Positions 33,601-43,844 of a stretch of DNA of 64,000 nt are shown piece after piece. The translations under genes were made by a program, and so were the position numbers. Numbering within the stretch: the stretch's first letter is position 1; every line of letters starts with the position of its first letter. The notes beneath the pieces were generated by a model. It was given only the letters and a program-made list of their open reading frames with translations, was not told the origin of the DNA and searched no databases. The DNA is from Polyangiales bacterium (GTDB lineage: Bacteria; Myxococcota_A; Polyangia; Polyangiales; Ga0077539), in contig JBGARZ010000002.1 of the NCBI GenBank assembly GCA_044229975.1, forward strand, positions 448,001 through 512,000. Reading direction: 5' to 3'.

Positions 33601-35822
33601 AGCCGACGGAGCTCGGGCAGGTCGACGTCCTCCGCGTCGGTCGCCGTCGCCGCCGCCAGCAGCAGGAGCGAGGCCGCGCGCCGCGGGTCTTCGGCGCCCA
33701 CCGCCTCGACGTGGAGCGCCGAGGCGAGCGAGGCATGGTCGGCGAGAGAGATCAGGGCGCGCGCCGCGAAGGCCGCCACCGCGCGATCGTCGGAGCCGTG
33801 GAGCAGCGTCGCGAAGGAGGCGCTGGCGTCACCGTGGGTCCGCCGCGCCGACTCGGCGCGCACGAGGCGCGACCACTCGGTCTCGCCCACCGCCATGTCG
33901 TCGAGCGTCACCTCGCCGTCCGAGGAGGCGCGCAACGCCAGCGCCAGCGCACCGCCCGAACCGTCGGTCGAGAAGGCCATCGCCTCGGACGGGTCGACCG
34001 CTCCGCCGCGCGCGAGCAGGCCAGCCTCGACCTCGGAGCGCCGAGAAGAGAAGAGAGCGCCCGCCGCGTAGGCCAGGGGGCCCTCACGCCGCTGCTGCAC
34101 CGCCTTGAGGAGCCGACGCACCGCCGCGCCGTCGTCGACCACGCTGTCGGGCGCGCCGGGCCGCTCGGAGACGGAGCCCGTCGTGGACTCCGGCGCGTCG
34201 ATGCGAGCGAGCTCCCTCGCGTGGGCGATGAGTCGACCGGAGACCCCCGACGCGACGAAGGATGTACTCGCGACGGCCTCGCCCACGAGCGATGCCAGGG
34301 ACTGCGCGAGCGCCGCCGACGACGGCGCGACGTCGCCGCGCTCGGACAGCCGACCGATGCCCGCGAAGGCATCGAGCAACCATCGGGACGATCCGCGCGC
34401 GGTCGCGAGGCGCGCGAGGGTGAGCCAGGCGCCGAGGTCCGTCGGGTCGGCCGCCGTCGCCGCGCGCACCGCCTCCAGCGAGGCGTCGGCGTCGTGGCCC
34501 TCGGACATGCGCGCGCGCGCCACCCGGATGCTGCCTGCGATCGCACCGCCCGCGTGTCTGGCCCACGCGTCGAGGGCTTCTTCGATCGCGCCGGGATCGC
34601 GACGAGCGCCGCCCTGGAGCAGGGCAGCGATCGCCGACTCCAGCGTCCCATCGGGCGACGCGAGCTCACGCCACGCCGTCTTCGCTCCCTCCGCCTCGTC
34701 GGCCTGACCCGTGAACGCGCGCAGCCAGCGAAGCACGTCCCGCTCGTCCGCCGAAGGGGACGACGCGATCTCCTCCGCCGTCAGTCGTGAGGCTTCGGAG
34801 GCCCGGCCCGACGCGAGCATCAACCGCCGCTGCACCCGCAGCGCCAGCGGAACCTCTGGCGCCAGCGCCCTCGCCCTCTCGGCGACCTGCTCCGCGCGGG
34901 CCGCCTCGCCGAGCGCACCGTCGAGGAGGTCGGCCGCGTGGGCGTACCACTCGGCCGCGTCGACGAAGCTCTCGGCCACCGCCGCCTCACCAATCAGCAG
35001 TTCGACCCGCGCACGAACCTCGGCCGCGGGCTCGACCGCGAACCCGGCGTCGAGGTCGACCTCATCGCGTCGCCGACTCGTCACGGCGGCCGCGAGCGCC
35101 GCCCCGCGGTCGAGGGCAACGGGAGCCGGAGCGTCGACCTCGACGTAGTCGTCATCGCCACCGAGGATGACGTCGGCTTCGTCAGCGTCGTCGTCCCCGC
35201 CCTCCAACACAACCTCGTCGTCGTCGTCGTCGCTGGCGGAAGGCGCCTCGACCTCGATCGCCAGATCGGGTTCGGGTTCGACCTCGACGGACAGCTCGGG
35301 CTCGACCGCGGGTTGGGGCGTCGGCTCGGGCAGAGGAGGCGGCGCGACGAACTCGAAATCACCGACGGCGGGCTCTGCCTCCAGCGCCGGCGCGGCCTCG
35401 CCGGGAGGCGCTTCGTCGAGCGCACCAAAGAGGCCGTCGATCTCGTCGTCGCCCAAGGCCAGGTCGCCGAAGAGCGAGTGGCGATCGCCCGTGGCGGGTG
35501 ACGCGAAGAGGTCCAAGGGCGCGGCGGAGGACGAGGAGGGGTCGGCGAAGGGATCGACGAAGGGCGCAGGCGCTTCTTGCGCGACGGTGCGCTCCTCGAC
35601 GAACACGGGCGCCTCGGCGGGCGACGCCGCAGGCGGGGGTGGATCGCTCAGCGAAAGATCGAAGGTGTCGCCCAGCGAGAAGGTCGCGTCGTCGACCTCG
35701 ATGGCCGGCTCGACGGGGGCTACTGGCAGGGGTGTCGGCGTCCGCGCTCCCCCGGCCCTCGGAACCGCTCCCGCCCGCGGTACGCGCGGCCCCTTCACGC
35801 TGCTCTCGTCGCGGTCAGACAT
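30699..35822 (-). CDS. Giant TPR-repeat protein with acidic disordered N-terminus
   Basis: About 1707 aa; TPR-like units (LEVDPTHAEGLRALERHY, LDPDHVAALRAL); stop abuts the next gene. Confidence 0.8.
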   Translation of the reverse strand: MSDRDESSVKGPRVPRAGAVPRAGGARTPTPLPVAPVEPAIEVDDATFSLGDTFDLSLSDPPPPAASPAEAPVFVEERTVAQEAPAPFVDPFADPSSSSAAPLDLFASPATGDRHSLFGDLALGDDEIDGLFGALDEAPPGEAAPALEAEPAVGDFEFVAPPPLPEPTPQPAVEPELSVEVEPEPDLAIEVEAPSASDDDDDEVVLEGGDDDADEADVILGGDDDYVEVDAPAPVALDRGAALAAAVTSRRRDEVDLDAGFAVEPAAEVRARVELLIGEAAVAESFVDAAEWYAHAADLLDGALGEAARAEQVAERARALAPEVPLALRVQRRLMLASGRASEASRLTAEEIASSPSADERDVLRWLRAFTGQADEAEGAKTAWRELASPDGTLESAIAALLQGGARRDPGAIEEALDAWARHAGGAIAGSIRVARARMSEGHDADASLEAVRAATAADPTDLGAWLTLARLATARGSSRWLLDAFAGIGRLSERGDVAPSSAALAQSLASLVGEAVASTSFVASGVSGRLIAHARELARIDAPESTTGSVSERPGAPDSVVDDGAAVRRLLKAVQQRREGPLAYAAGALFSSRRSEVEAGLLARGGAVDPSEAMAFSTDGSGGALALALRASSDGEVTLDDMAVGETEWSRLVRAESARRTHGDASASFATLLHGSDDRAVAAFAARALISLADHASLASALHVEAVGAEDPRRAASLLLLAAATATDAEDVDLPELRRLLPGDIVVAELAAQLGLRGLASMGEVAAVLAEAQGDPAIVQSAAIRSALRRSDLDPELAAQSLWDRWSVARGDACLATLVLRTPGHEGSHASTVVRSLFERAAETRDAGPLAVALGELAAEMLEFSDRRSDALQVLARTRALAPADPLLAAAEQALLLASGRDVEVSERAFEQLKTVSEPREQVEVFERLARIDLFERGDLASAVLSYAAILEVDPTHAEGLRALERHYAERERWDELFLVLRQIASGVRDGSDALPLVHAAGRVADRAGDDARAAAGLLRWETFDRGLHDRRLLLALDTDVRTERTWPTVERVARALAANAPDPAERSAHWLRVALAAEATGELTRAADAYASATEAAPNVATLLGAARIASARGEAQSSVAFTEAAALSLHNVGLAADALANAATLWRDVAKNPQRALAVAVEALRRDPGHEAAFGVASGLLATAPQPELELELIAGFLSARADALPPADAVTIYVRGALVAEQAGDIDRARTFLRAVNALDPDHVAALRALVRLSDAAEDWSAAVDARIRLAKSSGDGAENLELLIQLGDLFDSKLGDPKRAEAAWRRVAQAAASDPRPWERLARYYERVGEPTREVEARKVLLRRGRTPVERVGHGLRLATMARGPLADSALAEEALKACADDVRAGVDRNVRDVEALQRLATWLRLSGSSDGERVVAATAVTLGVANDALRALAPDGVVAGAGIESLLPAALDLLAPPALPSDLRELLVKTSTVLDPLAAFDPAVSQADPLGARPHGLRAEIERWARMLDLGDVEIFLTTQLPAIALPVGRSPARVLVAFSAPASIVTRFAVARAALLITQGLSLPLRMDLAEFKLVMTALLRQFEPMFKAEGVDPTKLDTLSRAITRAMPRELHAELMPAARAVLRRPFDPAVIHGAALEFGDRIALLATGDLPAAVAALAPPGVLPARVIDEVPAAARLVRVSLSERFLEARRLTGFQDP

Positions 35823-38800
35823 GGTCCGTCCCAAGGTCGATGGCCAGCGCCGCGGCTGCGTCGCTCACCGAAAACGCGATCAGGTCCATCACGGCGGGGC
35901 CACGCGCGGCGCCCGCGTCCTCGCGACGCGCATCGGTCATCGCGGCCGCCACCGCCCCGCTCACGGCGAGCGCGCCGCGCCGCGCCGTCGCCCGGATGCC
36001 CGCGCAGGCGCCGCGCAGGTCACGCAGCAGCTCCACCGACGGAAGGCTCTTGCCGTACTCCGCGACGGCCTTGCGAACCTTCCGCGACTGGAGCTTGCCC
36101 ACCGCCTTCACCATGGCGGCGTCTGCGGCCTCGGGCAGCTCCACGCCCGCCGCCATCAGCGACGCGATGAGGCGCAGCTCGCACTGCCGAACGTCGTCCG
36201 CGCTCCAGCCGCCGAGCGACCTCGTGGCGAGCAGCACCTCCTGCACGAGGCGATAGCGAGCCGTGAGGTCACTGGCGAGGTCGACCCGCGGGCCCACCAC
36301 GATCGTCATCGTGTCGGCCGGGAGCGCCAACACCCGATCGTCGCCACCGCCGACGTAGAGCTCGAACTCCGTCACCCCGCACGCCGCTGCGAAGGGCGCG
36401 ACCGCGGCGTAGGCGGGCGTCCCGGCGCGGGCGCGCTCGTTGCGACCGAGGCGTAGTGCGTCGAGGGTCAAGCCTCGCAGCGGGAGGAGCTCGGGCTCGA
36501 CCATCTCCACGATCTCCACCGCGCGACCGCGGTCGGCGGCGCTTCGCACCCGGAGCTGCTTGGCCGGCTCACGCAGGCTGCCCTTCGTCGGAACCGATGG
36601 TGCCGCAGCCGCGATCGAAGCCCCGGCCCACGACGCGAGTCGGTCGGCCGAGCGGGAGAGCGCGCCGTCCCCAACCAGAAGCGCCGCCGCCGAGAGGTCG
36701 ACCGCCACGGCGGCGAGATCCGTCGCGCCCGCGAGGCCGCCGCGGAGCGCCTCGATGGTCGCGCGTCCCAGCGGCGTCACCTGACCGGGCGCGCCGTACG
36801 CCGCCGCCGCACGGAGCACGTCCACCGACCCGACGTAGCGTTCGTGGGCGAGCGAGGCGGCCTTCCACGCCGCGACGCGATCACGCGCGCCCTCACCATG
36901 GATCGCGACCACGCGCAGGTGCGCCTCGATGCGCTCCGCGTCGGTCGTGGCGAGCCGAAGCGAGGCGTCCGCGAAGCGCAGCGACGCGGGGAAATCGCCA
37001 GCGCCGCGCGCGGTGTCGACCCCCCGCAGTGCGAGGGCCGCGTCGAGCCAGCCGAACTCGTCCATCTTCGTCAGGATGGCGAGCGCTCCGGCCGCATCAC
37101 CCAGCCGCGTGTGCACGATTTCCAGCGCGCCCAGCAGCGCCGCGCGACGCTGGCCCTCCGGCGCCGAGGGCGCCGACCCGAGGGCTACCAACGCTTCGGC
37201 CGCCGCGCTCAAGCGACCCGAGGTCGCGTGGATCTCCGCCATCAGCGCGAGCGCCGCGACGTGGTGCGGTTCGATCGCCACCACCGCCCCGGCGCTCTCC
37301 AGGGCGCCCTCCCTCTGGCCCAGCGCTCGGCGCAGACGGGCCTGCTCCCACAGCAGCGCCGCTCGCGTCGACGGGTCGGACTCGGCCGGGAGGCGTCGCG
37401 ACACGAGCGACTCCAGACCCGACACGTCCTTGCGCGCCTCCAACTGCCGCCGAAGGAGCTGATACGACGCCGAGCGCCCAGGCGATCGCTGGAGCGCCTC
37501 GCGCAACGCCCGCTCGCCCCGGGGCGCCTGCTGGAGCCGTTCGAGCGCGACCACGCCCGCCTCTTCCCAGAAGCGGGCCGCGCGCTCGACGTCACGCACC
37601 ACGCGACCGAGCACCTCACACGCCTCGACGACGCCCTCCCAGCGACCAAGCCGCCGCGACGCCACGCGCTGCACGTCGCGGGCGAGCACGTCGTTGGGCC
37701 GCGCCGCCAGCACCGCTTCAGCCTCCGCCAGCGCCGACGATGGATCGCCGCCCACCGAGTGCCAGTTCGCCGCCGCCGCCCGCCACGCCCGCTGCGCGTC
37801 ACCGCCCGCGAGCCGCGCCCGCTCGGACAGCGCCCGCGCGAACACCCCCGCGCCCTCGACCCCGCCCGGCGGCAGCTCGCTTCGCACCAGCGCGGAGGCC
37901 ACCTGCCCCGGGATGACGTCGGCCAGCGCCCTCGCCTCCCGCGCCCGACCGCGGGCCCACAAGCCCACCAGCGCGAGCGATCGCAGGCGCTCCCGCGCGT
38001 CGCCCTCTTCGAGGTCGGCGATGCGGAGGAGCGCCGAGGGGACGAGCTCGAAGGTTCCTCGCTGGACGGCGTCGAGCAGGCTGAGCAGGCGGGTCGAACC
38101 TGCCGCCGGACCATCGGTCTCGATGAGCTCACGCGCCGCCGCGGCCTCGTCGAGCGTCGCGGCCGAACCGCCCAGCACCCGGGCGAGTTCGAGCTCCAGA
38201 CCGGAGCGCAGCGGGTCGTCGGTGCCCACGATGGCCAGCATCGCGCGCAGCGCCTCGGCCGACGCCGCGCTGTCGGGACCCGACGCCGCGCCGCGCACCA
38301 CCAGCTCGACGAGCGTCGCCGCCACCGAGTCACGCCCGCCGCGCGCCGCGAGCCGGTCGACGGACGCGTCGGCCGAGAGCGGGTCGCGGTCGACGAAGAG
38401 GCGCAGCAGCACCTCCTCCACCCGCAGCGCCACCAGGTCGTCGTCGCCCTCGGTGGGCAGCTCGTCGCGCTCGAGGATCGCCTGCCGCAGCTCCGGGTCG
38501 TCGAGCCAGGTCGAGGACCCGAACACCACCGCCTGCACCGCCCGATCAGCCGGCGCCCGCTCGGCCGCCGCAGAGAGTGCCCGACGAGCGAGGTCGCGCG
38601 CACCGAGGCTCCGCAGCCACGCCGCGGCCAGCACCAGCCAGCGCACGCCGTCGACTTCATCGGCGTCGGCCGCGCGCTCGGCAGCCTCCAGCAGCAGAGC
38701 GCCCTCGCGCGACGAGGCGGTGAGGCGCAGCACGAGGGCCGTGAGGTACCGATCAGACGGATCGTTGCGGTGGGCCGCCAGCGCGAGCTCGCGAGCCCTC

Positions 38801-40623
38801 GACTCGTCGCCCGCCGCCCAGGCCCAGCGCGCCGCGAGCGACGCCCATGGTCCGCCGTTGCCATCCGCCAGCGACTCGGCCCAGCGCGAGGCGAAGCCCA
38901 TGGAGCCGACGGACGACCACAGCAGCGCCGCGACCTCCTTCGTCCACGGCGCGTCGCCCGTCGCCTCGACGAGCTGCTCGGCGGTGATGGCCGCGGCCTT
39001 GGCGTCCTGCAGGTCGACGAGCTCGTCGAAGAGGCGCTCCATCAACAGCGCCGCGCGCTCGTCGGCGTCGGTCACGTGAGGCAGCAGGGAGTCTACCGCG
39101 GCGACCCGCTCGCGCGTCAGGTCTCGCGCGTCGGCGAACCCCACCGCCAGGTCTCGACGGCGCAGCAAGAACAACTGCACCCGCCGACCGACCACGTCGC
39201 CCGGCAGGATCTCCAGCGCCTCCCGGATGCGCCGCAGCGCCTCGCGCCCGTCGCGTCGCAGGAGCAACACCACGAGCGCGCCCGCCCGCCACATCGCCGC
39301 GCGGTCGGCCGGATCTGCGGCCTGCGCCCCGAGGCGGTCGAGCTGCGAGAGCAGCGTCTCCAGGTCACCGGACACCGACGACTGCTCGATGAGCGCCGCG
39401 CGCACCGCACCGCTCGCCGGATCGCCGCGCAGCGCCGCCCGCAGCGCCTCGCCCGCGTCGGCTCCGCGGCCCTCCATCGCCGCGCGTTCGGCGCAGCGGA
39501 AGTGCAGCGACGCCCGCATGGAGTCGTCGCCGTAGCCCTGCGCCAGCAGCCACTCGGCGTGGCGCGCCGACTCTTCGATGTCGCCCGCGAGGTCCGCCAG
39601 GATCATCGAACCGAGCCGCGATCGGAGGTCGTCGCCGAGCGCGATGACCTGCTCGATGCGACGCGGCACCGACGCAAGCTCCGGGGCGAAGGAGAGGTGG
39701 ACCCGCGCCGCCGAGAGGTGCAGCCCGACCGCGAGTCGGCGCGCGAGCTCGGGGTCGCCCAGCTCCTGCGACGAGGCGCCGACCTGGGCGCTGGCGATGC
39801 GCCCGATGGACACCGCGGCGGCGATGGAAGCGCGCGCATCCATCGCGGCGGAGGCCGTGTCGAGGCGACCGAGGCGCAGCGCCATGCGCTCCACGCCGAT
39901 GAGCGCCCGCCATCGCACCGAGGCGATGGTCGAGGCCTCCTGGAGGCACCGCATCGCGTCGATGAGCGCCTCCGGGGTGGCCTTGGAGGTGTGCAGCTCG
40001 ACGAGCTCGAAGAGCAGCGCCGCGCGACGGGACGGGTCGTTGGTGAGCCGGGCGAGGTGCGTCAGCGCCGTTGTGCGCAGGACGGCGTCGCCGCGCACGA
40101 GGGCCACGCGATCGAGGTTGGCCCACCCGAGCGCGTGCGTGGGGTCGGCGGCGACGGCGGACTGGTACGACGCGACGGCGGCGTCCCGATCGCCGAGGGC
40201 GTCTTCGGAGAGCTCGCCGCGGAGGATGAGCGCGTCGGCCCGGTCGCGCGCCAGCACCGCCGAGCGCGCCTGCGCATCGAGGAGCTTGCCGAGGTTGGCG
40301 AAGCTGGAGCGGCGACGGTAGAGCCGGATGAGCGCGTCGAGCGGCGGCCGCAGGGCCGCGCGGGCGTTGTAGGCCGCGAGGTAGCTGCGCGCCGCGGCGG
40401 GCTGATCGCCCAGCATCGACTCTTCGAACTCGGCCACGGCGTGGAGGAGCGCGGCGCGGTCATCGCGCTCGGGCGTCGCCTCGGCCTCGGCGCGCAGCAC
40501 GCGCAGCACCTCGGCCCACGCGGTCGCCGTCGCAGGCTCCACCGGGAACGGCAACCGCTCCGGCGGTGGCTGCGAACGCGTCGCCGTACTCTCCACACCC
40601 TCGGCCTTCAGATCAGACGACAT
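35815..40623 (-). CDS. Giant TPR-repeat protein
   Basis: 1602 aa; Ala-rich helical repeats (AVAADPTHALGW, IEPHHVAALAL); overlaps the next start. Confidence 0.8.
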   Translation of the reverse strand: MSSDLKAEGVESTATRSQPPPERLPFPVEPATATAWAEVLRVLRAEAEATPERDDRAALLHAVAEFEESMLGDQPAAARSYLAAYNARAALRPPLDALIRLYRRRSSFANLGKLLDAQARSAVLARDRADALILRGELSEDALGDRDAAVASYQSAVAADPTHALGWANLDRVALVRGDAVLRTTALTHLARLTNDPSRRAALLFELVELHTSKATPEALIDAMRCLQEASTIASVRWRALIGVERMALRLGRLDTASAAMDARASIAAAVSIGRIASAQVGASSQELGDPELARRLAVGLHLSAARVHLSFAPELASVPRRIEQVIALGDDLRSRLGSMILADLAGDIEESARHAEWLLAQGYGDDSMRASLHFRCAERAAMEGRGADAGEALRAALRGDPASGAVRAALIEQSSVSGDLETLLSQLDRLGAQAADPADRAAMWRAGALVVLLLRRDGREALRRIREALEILPGDVVGRRVQLFLLRRRDLAVGFADARDLTRERVAAVDSLLPHVTDADERAALLMERLFDELVDLQDAKAAAITAEQLVEATGDAPWTKEVAALLWSSVGSMGFASRWAESLADGNGGPWASLAARWAWAAGDESRARELALAAHRNDPSDRYLTALVLRLTASSREGALLLEAAERAADADEVDGVRWLVLAAAWLRSLGARDLARRALSAAAERAPADRAVQAVVFGSSTWLDDPELRQAILERDELPTEGDDDLVALRVEEVLLRLFVDRDPLSADASVDRLAARGGRDSVAATLVELVVRGAASGPDSAASAEALRAMLAIVGTDDPLRSGLELELARVLGGSAATLDEAAAARELIETDGPAAGSTRLLSLLDAVQRGTFELVPSALLRIADLEEGDARERLRSLALVGLWARGRAREARALADVIPGQVASALVRSELPPGGVEGAGVFARALSERARLAGGDAQRAWRAAAANWHSVGGDPSSALAEAEAVLAARPNDVLARDVQRVASRRLGRWEGVVEACEVLGRVVRDVERAARFWEEAGVVALERLQQAPRGERALREALQRSPGRSASYQLLRRQLEARKDVSGLESLVSRRLPAESDPSTRAALLWEQARLRRALGQREGALESAGAVVAIEPHHVAALALMAEIHATSGRLSAAAEALVALGSAPSAPEGQRRAALLGALEIVHTRLGDAAGALAILTKMDEFGWLDAALALRGVDTARGAGDFPASLRFADASLRLATTDAERIEAHLRVVAIHGEGARDRVAAWKAASLAHERYVGSVDVLRAAAAYGAPGQVTPLGRATIEALRGGLAGATDLAAVAVDLSAAALLVGDGALSRSADRLASWAGASIAAAAPSVPTKGSLREPAKQLRVRSAADRGRAVEIVEMVEPELLPLRGLTLDALRLGRNERARAGTPAYAAVAPFAAACGVTEFELYVGGGDDRVLALPADTMTIVVGPRVDLASDLTARYRLVQEVLLATRSLGGWSADDVRQCELRLIASLMAAGVELPEAADAAMVKAVGKLQSRKVRKAVAEYGKSLPSVELLRDLRGACAGIRATARRGALAVSGAVAAAMTDARREDAGAARGPAVMDLIAFSVSDAAAALAIDLGTDHV

Positions 40624-40685
40624 CCGCGGTGGGCCGGGATACTAGTCCCACGCCCTCCGCGACGGCTACAAACCTGTCACGACCG

Positions 40686-42083
40686 TCACGAGTTCGCGGA
40701 CATCGGGGGGATCACCGAGATCGCCCTCGCGCGCAGCAGCCCGACGAGCACGCGCCCCACCACCATCGGGCTCAGCTCCAGCTCGCGGGCGATTTCGCGC
40801 ACGCTCCGCTCGCCGTCCACCGCCGCGAGCACCCGCCGCGCGTCCACGTCGTGGGCCACCGCCACGCCCGACTCCCGCAGCACCACGGCGTGCTCCATCG
40901 GAACCATCGACTCGATGGTCTCCCACTCCGCCGCGCGGCGAGCGGCGTCCGCGAGACACTCGTCGAGGGCGACGCCGAGCGCCGCGTCGCCGACCGAGAG
41001 CGACTCGCCCGGCGCGAAGCGAAACCTTCCCCCGGTCCACCGTGACGCCTCGCCGAACAGTTCCAGCGTCTGCGCCCGGAGGGCCGCGCGCACCTGGTCG
41101 TCGGACACCCGGCGCGCGCTCACGAGGGCCCGCCCGAGCGGCACCCCTCGCGCCACACCCGACGCGATGAAGGCATCGAGCACCGTGCGCGGCAGCGCCC
41201 CTGCCCCGACGAGGTGACGCCCGAGGCGGTGCTCGACCCCCACGCCTGACCCCACCACCTGATCGACGAACCCGGGGCGCAGCGACATCTCCACCGAGGC
41301 GGCGCCGACGCGCGCCGAGAACTCCACGCGCAGCACCCCGCGCAGCCCCGCCGCCTCCACGAGCTGAACGATCTGCGCCAGCGACACCACCCCGAGCACG
41401 CCCTCGAAGCCAGCCGATCCGCGCAGGGACGGGTCGAGCGAGCGCGCCTCGCGGGCGATTTCCACCGCCGCGGCGAGGCTCACGTGATGGCGAAACGCCT
41501 GCGACAGCAGGTCGTCGTGGGCGTCGACCCCGGCCTCGACGATCTCTCGCACGACGGGCCCGACGTGCCGCACGAGCAGGTCGAGGAGCCGGTCGCGCGC
41601 GGCCTCCGGGCCTGTCACCCAGTGCGCCAGCTTCGTCGCCCGAACGCCCGCCGTCGAACCCGCGCCCGGGCGGTCGGTGCGTCCATGCGACGCCGCGGCG
41701 TTGAACTCCGCCGCCGCGCGATCGAGCGTCTCGCGCACGATGTCGAGCAGTCGCGCCGGGGTGAAGGGCTTGGCCAGCGTGGCGAGCGCGCCCGTCTGTT
41801 GACCGAAGCGCGTCCCGATGGCCTCGGCCCGCGCCGACATCAACACCAGCGGGAGGCTTTGACCACCGGGCGTTCCGCGCAGCGCCTGCGCGAACTGGTA
41901 GCCGTTGAGGCGCGGCATCACGAAGTCCACGAGGGCGAGGTCGAAGGCGCCGCGGTGGATGCGCTCCAGCCCATCGACACCATCGACGGCCGTCTCCACC
42001 GAGTAGCCGGCGCCGCGCAACACCGCCTCGACGAGGTGTCGCACCGTGGCGCTGTCTTCGACCACTAGGATCCGGGCGGTCAT
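40686..42083 (-). CDS. Response regulator with DUF4388 domain, MshEN-like motifs and C-terminal wHTH-like region
   Basis: ILVVEDS, LVDFVMPRLNG, LAKPF; FEGVLGVVSLAQIVQL..GVLRV; RLGRHLVGAG; VDGERSVREIA. Confidence 0.85.
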   Translation of the reverse strand: MTARILVVEDSATVRHLVEAVLRGAGYSVETAVDGVDGLERIHRGAFDLALVDFVMPRLNGYQFAQALRGTPGGQSLPLVLMSARAEAIGTRFGQQTGALATLAKPFTPARLLDIVRETLDRAAAEFNAAASHGRTDRPGAGSTAGVRATKLAHWVTGPEAARDRLLDLLVRHVGPVVREIVEAGVDAHDDLLSQAFRHHVSLAAAVEIAREARSLDPSLRGSAGFEGVLGVVSLAQIVQLVEAAGLRGVLRVEFSARVGAASVEMSLRPGFVDQVVGSGVGVEHRLGRHLVGAGALPRTVLDAFIASGVARGVPLGRALVSARRVSDDQVRAALRAQTLELFGEASRWTGGRFRFAPGESLSVGDAALGVALDECLADAARRAAEWETIESMVPMEHAVVLRESGVAVAHDVDARRVLAAVDGERSVREIARELELSPMVVGRVLVGLLRARAISVIPPMSANS

Positions 42084-42212
42084 TCGGCGGCTCTGTTCGG
42101 GGCGGCGGAGGGATGGATGAGGGGGACGGCGAGCGATAACAACCGATGCGGCCGCCGCGGGTCAAGACAAGCCGTTGCCGCGCCGCGCGGAGGGCGACTA
42201 TCGTCTCGCGCC

Positions 42213-42794
42213 ATGACCACCACACCGACCCAACCGACCCGCGTCGTGATGGACGCACCCGCGATCGGGGAGGCGCTGGAGCGCATGGCGGGTGACATCG
42301 CCGCGCGCCACCCGGACAACGCTCCCGTAGCCCTCGTCGGGGTGCGCCGCGGAGGCATCCCCCTCGCGATCAGGTTGCAGGCGCTGCTCAAGGCGCGCGG
42401 TCGGGCGGCGGTGCAGGTCGGCACCGTGGACATCACCCTCTACCGCGACGACGCCGCGACGGCGCTGCCCAACCCGCAGATCGGGCGCAGCGAGATTCCC
42501 TTCGAGATCGAAGGGCTCGTGGTGATCCTCGTCGACGACGTGCTGTACACGGGGCGCACCACCCGCGCGGCCATCGACGCGGTGATGGACTACGGCCGTC
42601 CCCGCGCCATCGAGCTCGCCGTGCTCGTTGACCGTGGCCACCGCGAGCTGCCCATCCAGGCGGAGTACGTCGGGCTGCGGGTCGAGACCGCGCGCTCGCA
42701 GCGCGTGGAGGTGCGCGTCGACCCCTCGGACAGCCTCGCCGCAGTCGTCGAGGTGCTCGGCCCCGCCGAAAACACCCCCGGCGCGACGGGTTGA
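42213..42794 (+). CDS. pyrR: Bifunctional pyr regulator / uracil phosphoribosyltransferase
   Basis: [30 protein letters not shown]. Confidence 0.95.
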   Translation: MTTTPTQPTRVVMDAPAIGEALERMAGDIAARHPDNAPVALVGVRRGGIPLAIRLQALLKARGRAAVQVGTVDITLYRDDAATALPNPQIGRSEIPFEIEGLVVILVDDVLYTGRTTRAAIDAVMDYGRPRAIELAVLVDRGHRELPIQAEYVGLRVETARSQRVEVRVDPSDSLAAVVEVLGPAENTPGATG

Positions 42795-42813
42795 GCATAT
42801 CCTCCGCGCCGCG

Positions 42814-43752
<939 letters not shown>

Positions 43753-43844
43753 CGCGCCACCGCCCCTACGCGGGCGCGTACCCCGCGCACCACATCGGGC
43801 CTCGCTTGCTGGACCCCATACGCCCTGTGTAGATACGCGTCGCC

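Noticed and set aside
42084..42212. PyrR-binding attenuator upstream of pyrR
   Set aside because: No PyrR binding-loop consensus or U-tract terminator is visible.
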